A stretch of DNA of 64,000 bases, taken from Desulfobacterales bacterium (GTDB lineage: Bacteria > Desulfobacterota > Desulfobacteria > Desulfobacterales > UBA5852). Positions 19,427 to 28,924 of this stretch are shown here, piece after piece. The stretch covers positions 928,001 through 992,000 of the forward strand of contig CAXXVS010000002.1 of NCBI GenBank assembly GCA_963674755.2, read 5' to 3'. Under the pieces are notes generated by a model. The model had not been told where the DNA came from. It saw only the letters and a program-made list of their open reading frames with translations, and did no database searches. The position numbers and the translations under genes were made by a program. Within the stretch, counting starts at the first letter, position 1, and every line of letters begins with the position of its first letter.

Positions 19427-20915
19427 AACGCCCGCAAGCTGCCTGGCGGTTTTCGGAACCGGTTCGGATGTGGGCAAAAGCGTTGTCACCACCGGCATCT
19501 GCCGCTCGCTCCAGCGCCGCGGCATTCGTGTGGCCCCCTACAAGGCCCAGAACATGTCCAACAATTCAGGGGTTAGCCCGGAAGGCCTGGAGATGGGGCG
19601 GGCCCAGATTGCCCAGGCGGAAGCCTGCGGTCTGCCGCCCCAGGTGGATATGAACCCTATTTTGCTGAAACCCACCAGCGAGGTGGGCTCCCAGGTGGTA
19701 CTGCTGGGGGAGGCCCTTTCCAATCAAACCGCAACGGAGTACCACCGCAACAAGGAGCGCCTCTACCAGACGGCCTGCGGTGCGCTTGATCGCCTGCGGG
19801 AGCGCTTCGAGGTCGTTGTGATGGAAGGGGCCGGATCCTGTGCCGAGGTCAACCTGGCGGCCCACGACATCGTCAACTTCCGCATGGCCGAACATGCCGG
19901 GGCCCCGGTCATCCTGGTGGCCGACATCCACCGGGGCGGCGTGTTCGCCCAGATCGTGGGCACCCTGGCCTGCCTGGAGGAAGAACGCCGGCAGCGGGTG
20001 GCAGGCTTCATTGTCAATCGCTTCCGGGGGGACATAGACCTTTTCAGCGACGGTGTGGACTGGATCGAGCAACATACCGGCAAACCTGTTTTCGGCGTTT
20101 TGCCCTGGTACCGGCATTTCGTCATCGACCAGGAAGACTCCGTGGTCATCGAACAGCCACAACGGGTGACACCCCATACCGACGGCGGCGCTCTGGTGGG
20201 CGTGATCCGCATACCGCACATCTCCAATTTCACGGATTTCGATCCCTTGCAAGCAGTGGAGGGACTGGGCGTTCATTTCCTGGAAAAGGTCCAGCCCCTG
20301 GATGGTTTTCAGGCCGTGATCCTGCCCGGCTCGAAAAACACCCGAGCCGACCTACGCTGGCTCTTTGAGAACGGGTGGGCGGATACCATTCAGCGTTTTG
20401 TGGCGAATGGCGGCCATGCGTTGGGGATCTGCGGGGGATACCAGATGATGGGGGAGACGGTCTACGATCCTGACGGATTGGAAGGTCGTCCCGGTAAAAC
20501 CGCCGGACTGGCGCTGCTGCCGGTGGAAACGGTCCTGCAGGCCCCCAAGACCACCACCCTAACCCGTTTTAAATGGGGGGGCACCGAGGGCCTGGGCTAT
20601 GAAATCCACATGGGCCAGACCCGCCGGCCCCACGGCGATCCAGCCCTGCTCGAAGTGCTCACGCGCAACGAAGCCACCGATCCGGACGAAGACGGCTGCC
20701 AATCAGCCCGGGGGTGCGCCATGGGCACCTACCTGCACGGTTTTTTCGACACGCCTGGTATCATCCGCCAATGGCTGAGCACCATCGGATTGGACCATCT
20801 GGCAGTGGGGGCATTGCAGGGGCCCGCCGCCCGCCAAAAAGCCTACGACGCCCTGGCCGACCATATGGAAACCTATTTGGACATGGCGGCCATTAGTGCT
20901 CTGATGGAAAGATAG
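19416..20915 (+). CDS. cobQ: Cobyric acid synthase
   Basis: 'GTGSDVGKS', 'KAQNMSNNS', 'MNPILLKP', 'GICGGYQM', 'GYEIHMG'. Confidence 0.96.
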   Translation: MKNKTPASCLAVFGTGSDVGKSVVTTGICRSLQRRGIRVAPYKAQNMSNNSGVSPEGLEMGRAQIAQAEACGLPPQVDMNPILLKPTSEVGSQVVLLGEALSNQTATEYHRNKERLYQTACGALDRLRERFEVVVMEGAGSCAEVNLAAHDIVNFRMAEHAGAPVILVADIHRGGVFAQIVGTLACLEEERRQRVAGFIVNRFRGDIDLFSDGVDWIEQHTGKPVFGVLPWYRHFVIDQEDSVVIEQPQRVTPHTDGGALVGVIRIPHISNFTDFDPLQAVEGLGVHFLEKVQPLDGFQAVILPGSKNTRADLRWLFENGWADTIQRFVANGGHALGICGGYQMMGETVYDPDGLEGRPGKTAGLALLPVETVLQAPKTTTLTRFKWGGTEGLGYEIHMGQTRRPHGDPALLEVLTRNEATDPDEDGCQSARGCAMGTYLHGFFDTPGIIRQWLSTIGLDHLAVGALQGPAARQKAYDALADHMETYLDMAAISALMER

Positions 20916-20966
20916 TTATTTAATGTATAACCTCATGAATAAGTGAAAAAATAGCTGAAATATAAG

Positions 20967-21515
20967 ATGATAGAATTTTATACAGGAGGGTGCCGAAGCG
21001 GCAAGAGCAGGGCGGCCCTGGAACGGGCCGATCAGATCGGCGCCCACCGCAAACTGTTCATCGCCACCTGCCAGCCTTTGGACGGGGAAATGCGGGCCCG
21101 TATTAAACGCCATCGGCAGGAGCGGGACCGGATCTGGGAAACGCTTGAGGAGCCCATTGATATCGCAAACCTTATCCGTACCCACAGCGAGCCGCAGACC
21201 GTGATTCTGGTGGATTGTCTGACCCTCTGGTTGACCAACCTGATCCTCCAGGATGTGGACGACGCTGCGCTTCAGCGACGAATCGAAACCCTTGCAGACA
21301 GTTTGTCCGACGCCCATGGACCGGTCCTGCTGGTGGCCAATGAAGTTGGCCTGGGTATCGTGCCGGAAAATGCCATGAGCCGTCGTTTTCGGGATTGGGC
21401 CGGAAGCCTCAATCAGAGGGTGGCCCAATGCGCCCAACGGGTGGTTTGGACCGTGGCCGGCATTCCGGTCCAAATCAAGGCTCCCGAATCCCCGGGATCT
21501 GCCTCAGCGCCATGA
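20967..21515 (+). CDS. cobU: Adenosylcobinamide kinase / cobinamide-phosphate guanylyltransferase
   Basis: 'TGGCRSGKS', 'LVDCLTLWL', 'NEVGLGIVP', 'VAGIP'. Confidence 0.95.
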   Translation: MIEFYTGGCRSGKSRAALERADQIGAHRKLFIATCQPLDGEMRARIKRHRQERDRIWETLEEPIDIANLIRTHSEPQTVILVDCLTLWLTNLILQDVDDAALQRRIETLADSLSDAHGPVLLVANEVGLGIVPENAMSRRFRDWAGSLNQRVAQCAQRVVWTVAGIPVQIKAPESPGSASAP

Positions 21516-22237
21516 AATCGTTTATCGCGGCCATCCAGTTTTTGACCATCCTGCCGTTGGGCCCCAAGGGCACCTATGCCCCACGGGCCATGATCCCCTG
21601 GTTTCCGGTGGTGGGCCTCCTGATGGGGGTGATGCTGGCCCTTTTCGACATCATTGTGTCGAACTTGTGGGCGCCTCCGGCCGCGGCGGTTCTCGATGTG
21701 ATCCTCCTCATGGTTCTGACCGGGGCCCTGCACCTGGACGGATTAGGGGACACGGCCGACGGCCTCTACGGCCACCGGCCGCAGGCCCGTGCCCTGGAAA
21801 TCATGAAGGACAGTCGCATCGGCGCCATGGCCCTGGTGACCGTCGTGGCTGCCTTGATGATGAAATGGAGCGGTCTGGCCGGGGTGGCGCAGCACCGTTT
21901 TCTTGTGCTGGCCTTGGTACCGGCCTATGCCCGGGGCGCCATGCTTTTCGGCATTCGCGCCCTGCCTTACGGCCGCAGCAGCGGCACAGGCTACGATCTT
22001 TTTGCAGCGCCCCTGGGAGTTCGCGATTTCAGCGGCCTTATGGCCGTGGCCGGCCTATCGTTGCTGCTGGGCTGGCCGGCCCTGATCCTCAACCTGGTCT
22101 ATCTTTTTCTGGTCTGGGGAACGTTGATCTATTACCGCCGCAAATTGGGCTGCATTACCGGCGATATGCTGGGTGCCATGGCGGAAGTGACGGAAAGCGT
22201 GCTCTTTTTCCTGATGGCCATGGAGGTCTGGCGATGA
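21512..22237 (+). CDS. cobS: Adenosylcobinamide-GDP ribazoletransferase (cobamide synthase)
   Basis: 'QFLTILP', 'TGALHLDGLGDTADG', 'IMKDSRIG', 'GCITGDMLGA'. Confidence 0.95.
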   Translation: MKSFIAAIQFLTILPLGPKGTYAPRAMIPWFPVVGLLMGVMLALFDIIVSNLWAPPAAAVLDVILLMVLTGALHLDGLGDTADGLYGHRPQARALEIMKDSRIGAMALVTVVAALMMKWSGLAGVAQHRFLVLALVPAYARGAMLFGIRALPYGRSSGTGYDLFAAPLGVRDFSGLMAVAGLSLLLGWPALILNLVYLFLVWGTLIYYRRKLGCITGDMLGAMAEVTESVLFFLMAMEVWR

Positions 22238-23319
22238 TCCGCGGTCACGGCGGCAATACCCATGATCTGGCCCGGGCCCTGGGATGCCCGCTGGACGCCA
22301 TCATCGATATGAGCAGCAATGTCAATCCCTTTGGTCCGCCGTCCGACCTGTTGACCCACCTGAAAGAGCGGCTTTTGCGAATTGGTGCCTTGCCCGAAGT
22401 GGATGGCCGCTCGGCTGTGGAGCGGTTTGCCGGTCACTGGGGCATCCCCCCCGAAGAGGTGGTCATCGGAAGCGGCACCACCCAGCTGATCTATGATCTG
22501 CCCTGGGCGCTGAATACCCGGCGGGCTTTGATCATCGGGCCGACCTATGCGGACTACCGTGACGGCTGCCTGCGCAACAAGGTCGATTGCGACTTCTGGC
22601 TGGCCCGGGAGGAAAACGGCTTTCAACCGGACGCAAACGCCATCCGGGAGGCCCTGGCGGGATTCGATACGGTCTATATCTGCAATCCCAACAATCCCAC
22701 CGGCGCCCTGATGCCCTGGAAAACGCTCACAACGCTCTGCCGGCAGTTTCCCGACATCCATTTTGTGGTCGATGAGTCCTATCTGCCCTTCGTGGACACC
22801 CCTGAGCAAATATCGCTTTTGACCGATCGTCCGTCCAACGTGGTGGTGCTGCACTCTCTGTCGAAAATTTTTCGCATTCCGGGTCTGCGGATCGGTTTTG
22901 CCGTGGGCGAGGCCGGGATCATTAAACGCCTGCGGGATCGTGCGCTTCCCTGGAACGTCAACAGTCTGGCCCTGGAGGCGTTTCACTACCTGCTGGATGA
23001 AGGCCAGGCCACGGCCATGGCACGTTTTGTCCAGGAAACGCGCACCCGCTTGACGGAGGAGCGTACCGCCATGATGGCGCGGTTGGCCGCTATCCCGGGC
23101 ATCCGCCTGTTTGCGAGCACCACCGGCTTTTTTGTGGTCCGTCTTCCGGAGTCCCACCGGTCGGAGGCGGTTTGCCGGCGGTTGGCCGCGGAGAAGATCC
23201 TGGTGCGGGACTGCGCCAACTTCAAGGGCCTGTCCGAGCGGTTTATCCGGATCTCCCTCCAGGACAGCGCCACCAACCATCAATGCGCCGCGATTTTAGA
23301 AGCGATTTTAACCCGTTGA
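22234..23319 (+). CDS. cobD: L-threonine-O-3-phosphate decarboxylase (PLP, class I/II)
   Basis: 'GHGGN', 'DMSSNVNP', 'CNPNNPTG', 'SLSKIFRIPGLRIG'; operon context; ATG 22234 with GGAGG RBS. Confidence 0.9.
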   Translation: MIRGHGGNTHDLARALGCPLDAIIDMSSNVNPFGPPSDLLTHLKERLLRIGALPEVDGRSAVERFAGHWGIPPEEVVIGSGTTQLIYDLPWALNTRRALIIGPTYADYRDGCLRNKVDCDFWLAREENGFQPDANAIREALAGFDTVYICNPNNPTGALMPWKTLTTLCRQFPDIHFVVDESYLPFVDTPEQISLLTDRPSNVVVLHSLSKIFRIPGLRIGFAVGEAGIIKRLRDRALPWNVNSLALEAFHYLLDEGQATAMARFVQETRTRLTEERTAMMARLAAIPGIRLFASTTGFFVVRLPESHRSEAVCRRLAAEKILVRDCANFKGLSERFIRISLQDSATNHQCAAILEAILTR

Positions 23320-23358
23320 TGAATTGCCAGCCGACAATGACCGACTTGTTCTTGCGCC

Positions 23359-24342
23359 ATGACGGAGCCCATGCTGGTTGACCCTTCAATGCTTTTGGCC
23401 CTGGCAATGCCGCTGGCTTTCATCCTGGATTTTTTCCTGGGCGATCCGCCGCGGCTGCCCCATCCCATCCGCTGGATGGGGCGGGCCATCGAGCGGGGGG
23501 AACCGTATTTCCGGAATTTCAGCATTCCCCTGAAATGGAGCGGTTTGTGGTTCACGGTCACCCTGGTGGCGGCGACCTGGGGCTTGGCTCAACTTCTCCT
23601 ATGGCTGGCATGGTCCATTAATCCCTGGCTGGGCGGATTGATCAACCTGCTGATGATCTATTATGCCCTGGCCGTCCGGTCCCTGCAGGACGCCGCGTTG
23701 ATGGTTGCCCGGTCACTCGGGCAGGACGATCTCCCCCTGGCCCGTCGGCGGGTGTCCATGATCGTGGGGCGGGAAACCGATGGCCTGGATCAGGAAGGGG
23801 TCGGGCGGGCCGCTGTCGAAACTGTGGCCGAAAACCTGGTGGACGGCGTCGTGGCGCCCCTTTGCTATGCCGCTTTGGGGGGCGGCCCGCTGGCCCTGGC
23901 TTACAAGATGGTGAATACCCTGGATTCCATGGTGGGGTATAAAAACGACCGTTACCGCGATTTCGGTTGGGCGTCCGCCCGGCTCGACGATGGGGCCAAC
24001 TGGCTCCCGGCGCGTTTGGCGGTGCCGCTCGTGGCCTTGGCGGCAGTTTGGTTGAACGGGCGCTGGCGGGAAGCCCTGGCCATCGTCTGGCGCGACGGGC
24101 GCAAGCACACCAGTCCCAATGCCGGCCTGTCCGAAGCGGCGTTTGCCGGTGCGCTTGCCATACGCCTGGGCGGTCCCAACCGCTACCATGGCATGCTGGT
24201 GGACAAACCCTGGATCGGGGAGGAATTCGGCGCCGTGACCGTCGCGGATGTTCAGCGCTCCTGCGATCTCATGCTGCTGACCGCGGTCGGGGCCTTGATC
24301 GTGCTGTGGGGTCTGGCCATGGCCGCCGCGCTTCTTTTTTAA
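23359..24342 (+). CDS. cbiB: Adenosylcobinamide-phosphate synthase
   Basis: 'GDPPRLPHPI', 'IVGRET', 'VNTLDSMVGY', 'SPNAG'. Confidence 0.96.
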   Translation: MTEPMLVDPSMLLALAMPLAFILDFFLGDPPRLPHPIRWMGRAIERGEPYFRNFSIPLKWSGLWFTVTLVAATWGLAQLLLWLAWSINPWLGGLINLLMIYYALAVRSLQDAALMVARSLGQDDLPLARRRVSMIVGRETDGLDQEGVGRAAVETVAENLVDGVVAPLCYAALGGGPLALAYKMVNTLDSMVGYKNDRYRDFGWASARLDDGANWLPARLAVPLVALAAVWLNGRWREALAIVWRDGRKHTSPNAGLSEAAFAGALAIRLGGPNRYHGMLVDKPWIGEEFGAVTVADVQRSCDLMLLTAVGALIVLWGLAMAAALLF

Positions 24343-24352
24343 GGAAGACCTG

Positions 24353-25162
24353 ATGCCCAGCGACCCGCCGATCCTGCCCCGCTCCTGGAAGCACCGCTGC
24401 CCTTTTCGTCTTGGTACCACCTCGTTCATCTATCCGGCCGGCTACCGGGAAAACGTGGTTCGCCTGGGGCCGTATCTCGATGAAATCGAACTTTTAATGT
24501 TCGAAAGCCAGCCTTCCAGCTGTCCCACCGAAGCGTTGGTGCACGATCTGCGGCGGCTGGGGGCGACACACGCACTCACCTACAATGTCCACCTGCCCAC
24601 CGATCTCAACTTAACCCATCCCAACGAACACGTCCGTCATCAATCCTGCCGGGTCTTAAAGGCTTTCGTGACGACGCTCGCCCCGTTAACCCCCACAGTT
24701 CACGTTCTTCATCTTTCGCCACCGGACCCGATTCACAGCGGAAAGGATCTTCTGGTCTGGCAACGCATGGCTGAAAATGCCTTGGAAAGCATTCTGAAAA
24801 CCGGTCTGTCCCCCCGCCGGCTGGCATTGGAGAATCTCTTTTTCCCTTTTGAATGGCTGACGCCCCTGGTGGAAGGATCCGATCTCGGAGTCTGCCTCGA
24901 TATCGGGCATCTGGCCCTTCAGAAGGCCGACCTGGAAGGGTTCCTGGCGAATTACGGCCATCGAATCGTAATCACCCACCTGCACGGCCTGTATCAAGGC
25001 AAGGATCACGCTCCCCTGGGAGGGTTGCCCCCGGGTTACCGGCCATTGCTCACCGAATGGCTTGGGCGTTTTGAAGGCAGCGTGTCCCTGGAAGTATTCG
25101 GATTCGAACCACTGCTGTCATCTCTCATCTGTTTGGATGACTGGATGTCACCGGCGGGCTGA
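24353..25162 (+). CDS. cbiR: Cobamide-remodelling phosphodiesterase CbiR-like (AP-endonuclease-2 TIM barrel)
   Basis: 'FRLGTTSFIYP', 'EIELLMFE', 'YNVHLP', 'LALENL', 'CLDIGHL', 'HLHG...DH'; last gene of the cob operon. Confidence 0.8.
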   Translation: MPSDPPILPRSWKHRCPFRLGTTSFIYPAGYRENVVRLGPYLDEIELLMFESQPSSCPTEALVHDLRRLGATHALTYNVHLPTDLNLTHPNEHVRHQSCRVLKAFVTTLAPLTPTVHVLHLSPPDPIHSGKDLLVWQRMAENALESILKTGLSPRRLALENLFFPFEWLTPLVEGSDLGVCLDIGHLALQKADLEGFLANYGHRIVITHLHGLYQGKDHAPLGGLPPGYRPLLTEWLGRFEGSVSLEVFGFEPLLSSLICLDDWMSPAG

Positions 25163-25219
25163 ACGGTTGGTCCAGGTCAAAGGGCAGGGGGCTAAAACCA
25201 GAGGGGCGCCCGGGAAGCG

Positions 25220-25822
25220 TCAGCGACGATTCGCATCCGTTTGGCCGGCAGCGGCCCCGGCCGCCAGAAACCGCGCCGCTTTTTTCTCGGAAACCGTTTC
25301 CAGCCCCAACATGGTCTGAACATTGAGACCGTCGATGGTGGTGATCAGCAGGTGGGCCAGGGTCTCAAGGTCGTCATGGGTCGGGAAAAGGCGAACCAGG
25401 GCTTCCAGGGCCCGGGCGTGCCAATAGGCATAGGTTTTCCGGTAGCGTTTGCGCAGATCTTCGTTGCCGTTCATGGCCTGACAAACCAGATTGAGGTGCA
25501 AGCGCATGCGAATCCGGTTGCGCTTGTGCTTGTGCAAAAGCCAGTAGATCAATTCTTCCGGTTGGGCTTTCCCGCTTCCGCTATCCATGAGGTCGAAGAT
25601 GAAATCGGTAATATCGCCCACATGTTTTTTGGCGATGTCGAAAATCAGGATTTCCTTGGTAGGGTAGTAGTAGTAAAGGGTCCCTTTGCTGATGCCGGCC
25701 GCCCGGGCGATGGCCGTCAAACTGAGCTCTTCCAGACCGCCCTCCACGAAGAGACGGCCGGCGGCGTCCACGATGGCATCCTTGCGACGAGATTGGCGTT
25801 TATGGCGTTTGCGCGTGTCCAT
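25220..25822 (-). CDS. TetR/AcrR family regulator
   Basis: HTH 'IARAAGISKGTLYYYYPTKE'; divergent from the AOR operon. Confidence 0.93.
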   Translation of the reverse strand: MDTRKRHKRQSRRKDAIVDAAGRLFVEGGLEELSLTAIARAAGISKGTLYYYYPTKEILIFDIAKKHVGDITDFIFDLMDSGSGKAQPEELIYWLLHKHKRNRIRMRLHLNLVCQAMNGNEDLRKRYRKTYAYWHARALEALVRLFPTHDDLETLAHLLITTIDGLNVQTMLGLETVSEKKAARFLAAGAAAGQTDANRR

Positions 25823-25900
25823 ATCAGTGGGTTTCCAGGGTTTTCAAAAGGGGTGAAAATATAACAAAGATAGTTTATATTTATAATAAATACAAATATA

Positions 25901-25926
25901 TAATTTCAGCCGAACGGCTGAAATTA
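25901..25926. promoter_or_regulatory. Perfect palindrome, candidate TetR operator
   Basis: taatttcagccg-aa-cggctgaaatta (12-bp arms) in the divergent intergenic region. Confidence 0.55.
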
Positions 25927-26031
25927 ATGTTGACATTATCCATTGCCTGTGTCAACAGAATCTTAATGGCATTCATCATAACCTCGATAAGCCGCGGTTG
26001 ATCTATCCGGTCGGGCCGGTCGGGAGGCGCT

Positions 26032-28020
26032 ATGGACAAAGGCTACACAGGTAAGATTCTTAAAGTCGATCTGAGCACCGGCGATATCCAGGAGGAGGAC
26101 ATCCCGGACGGGGTCTACGAGCGATTCCTGTCCGGCATGGGGCTGGGCGCCTATATCCTCTACCGGGACATCCCGGCGGATGCCGATCCCCTGGGGCCGG
26201 AAAATATCCTGGGATTCGTGACCGGTCTTCTGACCGGAACGGGCAGTCTGTTTACCGGGCGCTGGATGGTGGTGGGCAAATCCCCCCTGACCGGCGGCTG
26301 GGGAGACGCCAATTGCGGCGGGATGCTGGCCGCTTCCATCAAACGTTGCGGCTATGACGGCATTTTCATCAAAGGATGCAGCGCGCATCCGGTCTATCTC
26401 GAGGTAAAAAACGGCCGAGCCGCCCTCCACGAGGCCGGCGACCTTTGGGGACGGGATACGGTGGAAACCGAGGCCCTGCTCACCCAACGCTGCCACAAAA
26501 AGAAATTGCCCCGGGTGGCCTGCATCGGACCGGCCGGCGAAAACCGCTCCCTGATTTCAGGCATCTGCACGGACAAGGGGCGCATTGCGGCCCGTTCCGG
26601 ACTGGGGGCGGTGATGGGCGCCAAAAAACTCAAAGCCGTAGTGTTTACGGGTACACGCAACATCAAGCCCCACAATCGGGAGGCGATCCACCGTCTCAGC
26701 CGCAAATGCAGCCGCTGGGCCACTTTCCGGATTCCGTTTCTTTCAGGGGGCATGGTGGGCAAGCTGGGCACTCTCATGCGCATCCTGCCCACCCAGATGG
26801 CCATGGACGGTCTGTTATACCGGCTGATGCTCAGCAAGTGGGGGACTCCCGCCATGAATCAGATGTCGGTGGAAATGGGGGATTCGCCCATCAAGAACTG
26901 GAAAGGCAGCAACCAGGATTTCGACCTCAAGCGGTCCCGAACAATCAACCCCGATCTTTTCCGCCAGTGCGAAATCGTGAAGTACCACTGTTACTCCTGC
27001 CCGGTGGGGTGCGGCGGCATCTGTGCTACGGGCGGTCGCTTCAGCGAGACCCACAAGCCGGAATACGAAACCGTGCTGGCCCTGGGGGGGCTGTGCCTCA
27101 ACGAAGATGCCGATAGCATCTTCTACCTGAATGAACTGCTCAACCGGGCCGGCATGGATACCATCTCGGCCGGGGGCACCGTGGCTTTTGCCATCGAGTG
27201 CTATGAGAAGGGCCTGATCACCAAGGAAGATACGGAAGGGCTGGAGCTGACCTGGGGCAATACCGAGGCCATCGTGGCCCTGATCGAAAAAATGATCCGG
27301 CGGACAGGCATCGGCGACCTGCTGGCCGACGGCAGCAAAGCAGCGGCGGAAAGAATCGGATGCGGCGCCCATTACTATGCCATCCATGCCGGGGGACAGG
27401 AGCTGCCCATGCACGACGGGCGCTGCGATCCCGGTTTCGCGGTTCACTACGCGGTGGAGCCCAGCCCGGGCAAACACACCGTGGGCGCCCAGATGTATTA
27501 TGAAATGTACCGCTTGTGGAAAAAGGTCAAATCCCTCCCCAAACCGGACAAGTTTTATTTCAAGGGCCGTAAATACGTGGCCGACCAGACCAAGGCGGTG
27601 TGCAGTGCCGTTTGCAGCAAATATATGAACGTGCTGAACGGCACTGGCACCTGCCTCTTCGGGTCCTTTCTGGGGGCGGACCGGCTGCCCCTTTTCGAAT
27701 GGCTCAATGCCGCCACAGGCTGGGACAAGACGCCGGAAGACTACCTGGCCATCGGCGAAGCGGTGCAGACCCTGCGACAGGCCTTCAATGTCAAACACGG
27801 GCGCGACCCCCGAATGAACTTCCCAACACCCCGTGCAACGGGGCAGCCCCCCCTGAGCGCCGGCGCCAACAAGGAACGCCGGGTGGCAATCGAGACCATG
27901 GCCCAGGATTACTGGCAGCAGTTCGGTTGGGATGCCACCACCGGCCATCCACGTCCGGAGGCCATACCCGCCCTCGATGAGACCCGGACGGCAGCGCCCG
28001 GGGATGAAACGCGTTCGTAA
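26032..28020 (+). CDS. aor: Aldehyde:ferredoxin oxidoreductase family (W/Mo-pterin, 4Fe-4S)
   Basis: 'KILKVDLSTG', 'KSPLTGG', 'CIGPAGEN', 'GLGAVMGAKKLKA', 'CYSCPVGC', 'PEYET', 'GMDTIS'. Confidence 0.93.
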   Translation: MDKGYTGKILKVDLSTGDIQEEDIPDGVYERFLSGMGLGAYILYRDIPADADPLGPENILGFVTGLLTGTGSLFTGRWMVVGKSPLTGGWGDANCGGMLAASIKRCGYDGIFIKGCSAHPVYLEVKNGRAALHEAGDLWGRDTVETEALLTQRCHKKKLPRVACIGPAGENRSLISGICTDKGRIAARSGLGAVMGAKKLKAVVFTGTRNIKPHNREAIHRLSRKCSRWATFRIPFLSGGMVGKLGTLMRILPTQMAMDGLLYRLMLSKWGTPAMNQMSVEMGDSPIKNWKGSNQDFDLKRSRTINPDLFRQCEIVKYHCYSCPVGCGGICATGGRFSETHKPEYETVLALGGLCLNEDADSIFYLNELLNRAGMDTISAGGTVAFAIECYEKGLITKEDTEGLELTWGNTEAIVALIEKMIRRTGIGDLLADGSKAAAERIGCGAHYYAIHAGGQELPMHDGRCDPGFAVHYAVEPSPGKHTVGAQMYYEMYRLWKKVKSLPKPDKFYFKGRKYVADQTKAVCSAVCSKYMNVLNGTGTCLFGSFLGADRLPLFEWLNAATGWDKTPEDYLAIGEAVQTLRQAFNVKHGRDPRMNFPTPRATGQPPLSAGANKERRVAIETMAQDYWQQFGWDATTGHPRPEAIPALDETRTAAPGDETRS

Positions 28021-28036
28021 CACTGTAGGAGGATAG

Positions 28037-28267
28037 GTGCCCATGGCATCCGTGACGCACGGCACACCGTCATTTGTACGTAAAAAATGCATGGCCTGCA
28101 AAATCTGTATGGACGACTGCCCGGTGAGTTGCATCGGTGTGGAGGAACGCGGTACGCCTGAGGACCCCCACGGCTACCCTTTCCTGGACGATGCGGCGCT
28201 GTGCATCCACTGCGGACGCTGTGCCGAAAACTGCCCGGTGGGCGCCATCGAAATGGTGGCCGCCTGA
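28037..28267 (+). CDS. 2x[4Fe-4S] ferredoxin
   Basis: Two CxxCxxCxxxCP motifs; AGGAGG RBS. Confidence 0.93.
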   Translation: MPMASVTHGTPSFVRKKCMACKICMDDCPVSCIGVEERGTPEDPHGYPFLDDAALCIHCGRCAENCPVGAIEMVAA

Positions 28268-28333
28268 AAGCGATGCAAGGGACACCCGCAGACCCCGGTT
28301 TTTGGATGACAAGAAATAAGGAAGGGTAGCGCT

Positions 28334-28867
28334 ATGGAATTGCACTATCGCGACGTGTCGCCCGGCCGAAGCTATCCCCAAAGGGCCTATTTGAGTATCA
28401 ACCTGTGGTTCATGGGACGGGCCATCCAGGCGGCCTCCCGCGTCGACGACCGGGTGCGGCGCGAAATCCGGGGGCTGCCGCCGGAATTTACGTTTGCCCT
28501 GGGCATCTTGCCGGATGGGCCGTATCTGGTGGTGCGCAAACAGGGCAAAGACAGTGCCCGTTACATCGGCCGGAGGATTGATGCTCAGCCGGTGGATTTG
28601 GCCCTATCCTTCAAGCATCTGGAAGCCGGCTTTCTAACCTTTACCTTTCGTGAAAACACATCCGTGGCGACCGCCCGGGACCGACTGGTGGTGGACGGGG
28701 AGGTGGGCTATGCCTGCTCGGTGGTACGGATTCTCGACATCGTGCAGATCTACCTGCTACCGAAGCCGATTGCCCGAATGGCTGTCAAACGCTATCCCCA
28801 TTGGCCCCTGGGCGACAAACTGATCAACCGGTCCCGCATCTATTGGCGGACCCTCATCGGTTATTGA
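28334..28867 (+). CDS. Hypothetical protein, possibly SCP2 (sterol-carrier) fold
   Basis: In-operon ORF with RBS; 'FTFALGILPDGPYLVV...VDLALSF...RLVVDGE' resembles the SCP2 topology. Confidence 0.6.
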   Translation: MELHYRDVSPGRSYPQRAYLSINLWFMGRAIQAASRVDDRVRREIRGLPPEFTFALGILPDGPYLVVRKQGKDSARYIGRRIDAQPVDLALSFKHLEAGFLTFTFRENTSVATARDRLVVDGEVGYACSVVRILDIVQIYLLPKPIARMAVKRYPHWPLGDKLINRSRIYWRTLIGY

Positions 28868-28924
28868 CAGTGCCCCTGCGGTGACGGCGCCGCCACGCAA
28901 CCTTAATGATGATAGGAAGACATC

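Noticed and set aside
21667..22233. N-terminal extension of the 550-aa cobD ORF
   Set aside because: Overlaps cobS out of frame; homology and RBS begin at ATG 22234
11965..24205. Several GCTGGTGG (E. coli Chi) octamers
   Set aside because: They coincide with common Leu-Val codon runs on the coding strand, and the Chi sequence of this organism is unknown
26815..28134. Long antisense ORFs (also 22132-23283, 40129-41391, 47254-48519, 51015-52109, 57651-58682)
   Set aside because: Shadow frames opposite well-supported genes, with no recognisable motifs
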